46,478 nt of DNA. Origin: a virus. The notes beneath the pieces were generated by a model. That model had not been told where the DNA came from. It made no database searches and saw only the letters and a list, made by a program, of their open reading frames with translations. Positions 42,532 to 46,478 of this stretch are shown piece after piece. The stretch spans positions 1 through 46,478 of IMG/VR virus record IMGVR_UViG_3300050161_000017, one strand, 5' to 3'. A program made the translations under genes and the position numbers. Position 1 is the first letter of the stretch. Each line of letters starts with the position of its first letter.

Positions 42532-43524
42532 TTAATCTGCATCTCCTGAGGTAAAGGTTGTCGCACTAGCTATTCGCCGAACACGGAAGTAAGTGCCGGC
42601 TTTCAAGGTAGCGGCAGCAGCGGTATCGAGTGCGACAGAAGGTATAATAGTTCCGGCAGTAGTCAGCAGGAAATGGCCTATCACAAATGCCACAAGGCCA
42701 GTACCCGTACTCCCGGTCGTCAAAACCATTGTGGCAGCGCCTGAGGCTGCCGAACCGCTCCTAGCGCCGGTATTGAGCGGGGTGTTATTGTCGAAACCAA
42801 TTGATTCTAAGAGCGCCCCACTTACTACGGCAGTACCGGCCCCTAACATATCAATCGAAGCATTGCCAGTGGTAGCACTCATACCCGTCATATAAAGCCG
42901 GGCCACGACTTCATAAAGCCCTTCGGGGAGTGTCAGGCGACCATTAGCGGTCTGATCAAATATCTTCTGCAAAGCTGTGGTGCTGGCAAGTGTGCGGTCT
43001 GCGTTCTGGTAGATGAAACTGTCGGTGGATGATCCTCCTGCTGGTGTAGCCCACGCCCCGTCGGCGCGTAGGAAATTAGAAGAACCTCCGCCAGATGCGG
43101 GCGCCAACCCTTTCAGACCGGATGTAAATGTGCTTAACAGCGTCGTGGCTTGAGACCCTGTCAGGTCTTCAGGAGTACCTGTAGCGTCGGTCAGCCTGCC
43201 TTTGAAGGTAGCAGTAGCTACATCAGCCAGCTTATTATTCGTGATCACCCCGGCATCAACCGCCCAGACCGTCCCGCTAGAGGATACTGTTAAGTCACCT
43301 TTATCTCCATCAGAGATGCCGCCCGCGATTAGCCCATCTAGCTTAACTTTATCTGCCGCCGACATAGTCCCTGCCACAGAAGTAGTGGCGGCGGGCACTG
43401 TTACCGCAGAAGCAATTTGAGAGACTGTAGCAGAGCGAAGAACGCCCCCGGCCACGACAGGGAGGATGTCGGAGCCGGTGATACTTACTGCAACTGGCAG
43501 ATCAGATATCGTAGAGTCTGTCAC
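42532..43524 (-). CDS. Tail-fibre-like protein (330 aa), GTG start, located between the terminase and portal genes
   Basis: ISDLPVAVSITGSDILPVV, GTMSAADKVKLDG and SNFLRADGAWATP are typical fibre N-terminal repeat motifs. Confidence 0.65.
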   Translation of the reverse strand: MTDSTISDLPVAVSITGSDILPVVAGGVLRSATVSQIASAVTVPAATTSVAGTMSAADKVKLDGLIAGGISDGDKGDLTVSSSGTVWAVDAGVITNNKLADVATATFKGRLTDATGTPEDLTGSQATTLLSTFTSGLKGLAPASGGGSSNFLRADGAWATPAGGSSTDSFIYQNADRTLASTTALQKIFDQTANGRLTLPEGLYEVVARLYMTGMSATTGNASIDMLGAGTAVVSGALLESIGFDNNTPLNTGARSGSAASGAATMVLTTGSTGTGLVAFVIGHFLLTTAGTIIPSVALDTAAAATLKAGTYFRVRRIASATTFTSGDAD

Positions 43525-43537
43525 ATCAAAATTCCTA

Positions 43538-43708
43538 TTATTCTAGAATAAGCTTACTGACTCCGTCTTCTTGTAAGAAGTAGCCACCAGTCTCTGTAAG
43601 CAGAAAAGAGATAACACTAGGGGCAGTCATTTTAAGACTGGGCCAGTACAGAAGCTCTTGAAAGGAGCCTACTCTTACTGATTTAAGATAGTTGTGATAA
43701 GGGTTCAT
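43538..43708 (-). CDS. Possible 56-aa protein
   Basis: ATG lies immediately after the TerL stop (TAGATG). Ends TETGGYFLQEDGVSKLILE. Below the ORF-track cutoff. Confidence 0.4.
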   Translation of the reverse strand: MNPYHNYLKSVRVGSFQELLYWPSLKMTAPSVISFLLTETGGYFLQEDGVSKLILE

Positions 43709-45118
43709 CTAACCAGACATCCAACTGTTGCGATTGCTTGAGTTAGGGGCGATCCAAGGTTTAGAGTTAGGGGGTCGACCCATAGCCTCTTGAGATTTCT
43801 TTTCAGAACGGCGTCGGCCTGTCAACTTGTCAAAGAGTTCTGTCAAACCCCAGACGAGGGCATCGACACGGTCAGGAGACCCCATCCCGTTTCCACGGAT
43901 GTTATCAACACTGAATGTACACATTTGATCTTCTAGTTTGTCGAAACGTCCGACATGACAGACTCTGTTTTGTTCATAAAGAGACGAGATAGGCTCGGCT
44001 CGGATGTACTTACCTCTGCTGGCGTGAACCAGTTTAGGGATCAGACTCCGATCAACGGCCTTGATGACTGAAGACACCATTTCACCGCCTTGATTCTTCT
44101 CGGCTACAATTTTATCTGCATCCCACTTCCTATAGAGAGCAACGGCTTTCCTAGCCCATTCCTCAGGAGAACCTCTCAGCGATCCGTCTTCTAGGATGTA
44201 ACCTCTTGCGTATCCGTCCTTGTCACGAGCAAGACCAACGACGACAATCCCTGTTTCGTCGCTCTTCTCCTCACTGCTTGCAGCAGGGTCAACAGCAACG
44301 ATTACTCGTTCCATGTCGAGAGGCGCTTCGCTGACTCGGTTCAAGTCGATGTTTGATCGCTGCCAGAGAGCACCCGGAATGTCATCAAGAATCTCAGCTT
44401 CAAGCTCCTGACGACCCAGCCTAGTACCTTCGTACTCTTCTGCAATCTTCTTAAGGAACGGGGCTGCTAGGTTGCCTGCGTTATCGTAGGTTCGACCTTT
44501 AGTGACGACAGTGTCTTTATCGTTTAGAATTTTCTTGATAAGATCAAGTGGACGAGGAGTCGTCGTAATAACCTGCTGAGGTTTTTCACCTAGACGCAGC
44601 CCCATTTGAACCTGATCCCACGTCTGCTGCATGTACTTCCATTTAGCGATCTCGTCGCACCACGCGAAGTGGTGTTGAGGACCTCTCAACTGGTCAGGTT
44701 CTGTGGCATTATAAGTTTCAGCGATAGAGCCGTTAGGCCAGACGAGCTGTCTGTTAGTCGGGTAATAAGTAGGCATAAAGTCAGGAGAAGAGATGGCAAG
44801 AATACCACTCTCTCCATCAACCATAACCTTTCTACAGTCGGCTGCTGTCTCACCTACAAGTGCAATTCTGCACCCCGGAAACTCCTTAGCCTGTTTGCGA
44901 ACCCATTCAGCTCCGCAGCGTGTCTTACCGAACCCACGACCAGCCAACAGCAACCAAGTAATCCAATCACCCTCAGGTGCTAGCTGGTTAGGTCTTGCCC
45001 AGAAGGGCCAGTGCCACTTCAAAGCAGCTTTCTGTTCTGGTGTCAGTTTGTCTAATTCAACCCTCCGAAGTTCCTCGTCGAGAGAGGCGAGCAATTGAGC
45101 TGGTGAAATCTGCGACAT
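43709..45118 (-). CDS. terL: Terminase large subunit (469 aa), GTA/headful-type
   Basis: WPFWARPNQLAPEGDW..LLLAGRGFGKTRCGAEWV (Walker A) and FAWCDE (Walker B). MSQISPAQLL was chosen as the start inside tracked ORF 43709..45223. Confidence 0.85.
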   Translation of the reverse strand: MSQISPAQLLASLDEELRRVELDKLTPEQKAALKWHWPFWARPNQLAPEGDWITWLLLAGRGFGKTRCGAEWVRKQAKEFPGCRIALVGETAADCRKVMVDGESGILAISSPDFMPTYYPTNRQLVWPNGSIAETYNATEPDQLRGPQHHFAWCDEIAKWKYMQQTWDQVQMGLRLGEKPQQVITTTPRPLDLIKKILNDKDTVVTKGRTYDNAGNLAAPFLKKIAEEYEGTRLGRQELEAEILDDIPGALWQRSNIDLNRVSEAPLDMERVIVAVDPAASSEEKSDETGIVVVGLARDKDGYARGYILEDGSLRGSPEEWARKAVALYRKWDADKIVAEKNQGGEMVSSVIKAVDRSLIPKLVHASRGKYIRAEPISSLYEQNRVCHVGRFDKLEDQMCTFSVDNIRGNGMGSPDRVDALVWGLTELFDKLTGRRRSEKKSQEAMGRPPNSKPWIAPNSSNRNSWMSG

Positions 45119-45614
45119 CTTCTTTGATCTTCTGTTCCATACGGATAGCTTCACCATCCGGCCCGCTGATTTCAGTGCGATCAACGAACATACCGAGGTG
45201 CTTAGCGAGAAGCTCATAACCACGCAAGAGAGCGTTGAGATTATTATTTTCTTCTGCTAAAAGGATAGTTCTTTGGATACCTCTCAGCACGAAGTCCTTG
45301 GTCACGTCAGTACCCTTGGATCGTTCAGCTCGTAGTCCGTCAATTGCAATTCTTACTGCTTGATTCTCCATCAACTGGAATGCTACCTGCTTGGCATTTT
45401 TAACAGAATAACCAGCTCTGAGAGCTGCCTGAGTAGCATTCAAATCTTTGAGATATTCCTCACAGAAGACCTTCTGACGATCTGACAAAGAGTCGATGAC
45501 GGCTTGGACATCACCAGTCTCGATAGCCCTCAAAGACTTTTGAGAAATAGTCTGTCGTTTTGCTTTCTGGAGAGCAAGGATTGGGTTAGTATGGATAGGC
45601 AAGTTTTTATTCAT
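45057..45614 (-). CDS. terS: Terminase small subunit (185 aa)
   Basis: RQKVFCEEYLKDLNATQAALRAGYSVKNAKQVAFQLMENQAV is typical of Terminase_2-type small subunits. Confidence 0.8.
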   Translation of the reverse strand: MNKNLPIHTNPILALQKAKRQTISQKSLRAIETGDVQAVIDSLSDRQKVFCEEYLKDLNATQAALRAGYSVKNAKQVAFQLMENQAVRIAIDGLRAERSKGTDVTKDFVLRGIQRTILLAEENNNLNALLRGYELLAKHLGMFVDRTEISGPDGEAIRMEQKIKEDVADFTSSIARLSRRGTSEG

Positions 45615-45871
45615 AGTTTCCTAGCCTTTAGGTTAGGTCTGATTAGTCTAGCTCTGTTGGTGTTTGCGCTATAGGACAACAAATAAGAAGGGTTTGGGTT
45701 ACGATCTTTGGATCTTTCTTCTGCTGTCATGTTATCTCTTCTAGCACCCTCTGGTGTTAAGTTCTCATCCTGATCGAGATGGCCTCGCTGTTTCAGGACA
45801 GTCACAGCAGCCCTCCTAGAACCCATCTGATAGGTCAACCTATCAATTAATTGATTTCTACCAGAAAACAT
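45611..45871 (-). CDS. Hypothetical protein (86 aa), first gene of the late operon
   Basis: The tracked ATG at 45892 directly abuts the -10 box, so the second ATG (45871) is preferred. ATGA overlap with terS. Confidence 0.5.
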   Translation of the reverse strand: MFSGRNQLIDRLTYQMGSRRAAVTVLKQRGHLDQDENLTPEGARRDNMTAEERSKDRNPNPSYLLSYSANTNRARLIRPNLKARKL

Positions 45872-45892
45872 AGCACCATACCTTATACGCAT

Positions 45893-45921
45893 ATTATACC
45901 ACTATTTTATGAGTTTGTCAA
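45893..45921 (-). promoter_or_regulatory. Consensus sigma70 promoter for the minus-strand late operon (TTGACA, 17-nt spacer, TATAAT)
   Basis: The minus strand reads GCTTGACAAACTCATAAAATAGTGGTATAATATGCGTATAAGGTA. Confidence 0.75.
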
Positions 45922-45955
45922 GCGAAATCTTCAAAAAGGGCAACAAAAAAATAAC

Positions 45956-45984
45956 TTGACAATTCCTCATTTCTGTGATACCCT
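45956..45984 (+). promoter_or_regulatory. Possible divergent plus-strand promoter (TTGACA, 17-nt spacer, TACCCT)
   Basis: Perfect -35 in the AACTTGACAA context, but a weak -10. Confidence 0.3.
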
Positions 45985-45989
45985 ATCTT

Positions 45990-46082
45990 AAGAAAGAGAA
46001 TATATATAGAATCTATAGAGAATTAGAGATAGGATAAGAGATAGAATGAGAGAGAATAAGTTTATAAGATAGTGATAGAGTT
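45990..46082 (+). repeat. C-depleted purine/AT-rich tract with reiterated ATAGA/GATAG/AGAGA motifs
   Basis: About 92 nt contain a single C on the plus strand: agaaagagaatatatatagaatctatagagaattagagataggataagagatagaatgagagagaataag... Confidence 0.8.
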
Positions 46083-46342
46083 CTAGGTTGGATTTTCTCC
46101 CCATACCTGTGGCTGTAGGCGACCTCTGGGAGCCTCACTTGTTGTCAACCCTCTAGAAGCCCCAGGAAGGCACCTTAGAGCGCGAAGACAGAGGAGGGTG
46201 GTGGGTGTGTAGCGGAGACGGGGAAGAGAGGCCTCTACGGGCCTTAAATCAGGTCAACCTAATCTGAATTTTTTATTTCACACTTGAGTCGGCCTATAAT
46301 GCAGGGAGACACCAAACAATTTCACCGCCCCCCCCCTCGCCA

Positions 46343-46363
46343 TGTAACGTCACTGTAACGTCA
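46343..46363. repeat. Tandem TGTAACGTCA, 2 copies with 11-bp period, at the junction; preceded by a C9 run at 46328-46336
   Basis: Read directly: catgtaacgtcactgtaacgtcatactg. Confidence 0.85.
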
Positions 46364-46478
46364 TACTGTTCTGCCGCAGCAAGGCATCGCCCCCTCCCTG
46401 CTGCGAATGAGAATCAATAGCAATAGGTATATCATAAGTAAATGATATCTCCTCGCAATAGCATAGCCCCTGTTGATA
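46352..46478. repeat. Terminal overlap, copy 2 (identical to 1..127)
   Basis: See copy 1. Confidence 0.95.

Noticed and set aside
46295-46300. TATAAT hexamer near the junction
   Set aside because: No convincing -35 lies at 16-18 nt upstream (TTATTT at best), so it was not called as a promoter.
1-46478. Phage RNA polymerase, integrase/repressor, reverse transcriptase (retron/DGR), and toxin-antitoxin pairs
   Set aside because: I looked for these among all ORFs. No ORF has the size or motifs of a single-subunit RNA polymerase, a tyrosine or serine recombinase, or an RT (YxDD). None are reported.

Overview
The window is a complete, gene-dense tailed-phage genome of about 46.35 kb. Its last 127 bp (46352..46478) repeat its first 127 bp exactly, so it reads as a circular or circularly permuted assembly. 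All calls come from reading the sequence and the ORF track by eye; no similarity search was run.

Layout:
- 1..1300 and 45893..46351: a largely non-coding control region with several sigma70-type promoters and repeat motifs.
- 700..4700: small early genes and a tRNA-Arg(UCU).
- 4520..12225: an accessory island of co-directional genes. It encodes a gamma-glutamylcyclotransferase, a class-I and a class-II glutamine amidotransferase, two glutamine-synthetase-like carboxylate-amine ligases, an ATP-grasp ligase and several unknown partners.
- 12.2..25.6 kb, plus strand: a T7-like replication and nucleotide-metabolism module. It has gp4-like primase-helicase, family A DNA polymerase, gp2.5-like SSB, nucleases, two HNH genes, endonuclease VII, ThyX and class II RNR. 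No phage RNA polymerase is present.
- A bidirectional terminator at about 25.66 kb.
- 45.9 -> 25.7 kb, minus strand: a P22/GTA-like morphogenesis and lysis operon. Order is TerS, TerL, portal, scaffold, coat, adaptor and hub proteins, tailspike, ejection proteins, amidase endolysin.
- No integrase, repressor or CRISPR array was seen.

The most interesting candidate for an uncharacterised system is the amidoligase / amidotransferase / GGCT island. Two odd ORFs lie at its 3' end. One is a small ORF ending in an SSB-type DDxIPF tail with no in-frame start codon downstream of the ATP-grasp stop. The other is a 64-aa stand-alone copy of the Pol A fingers motif B (O-helix).
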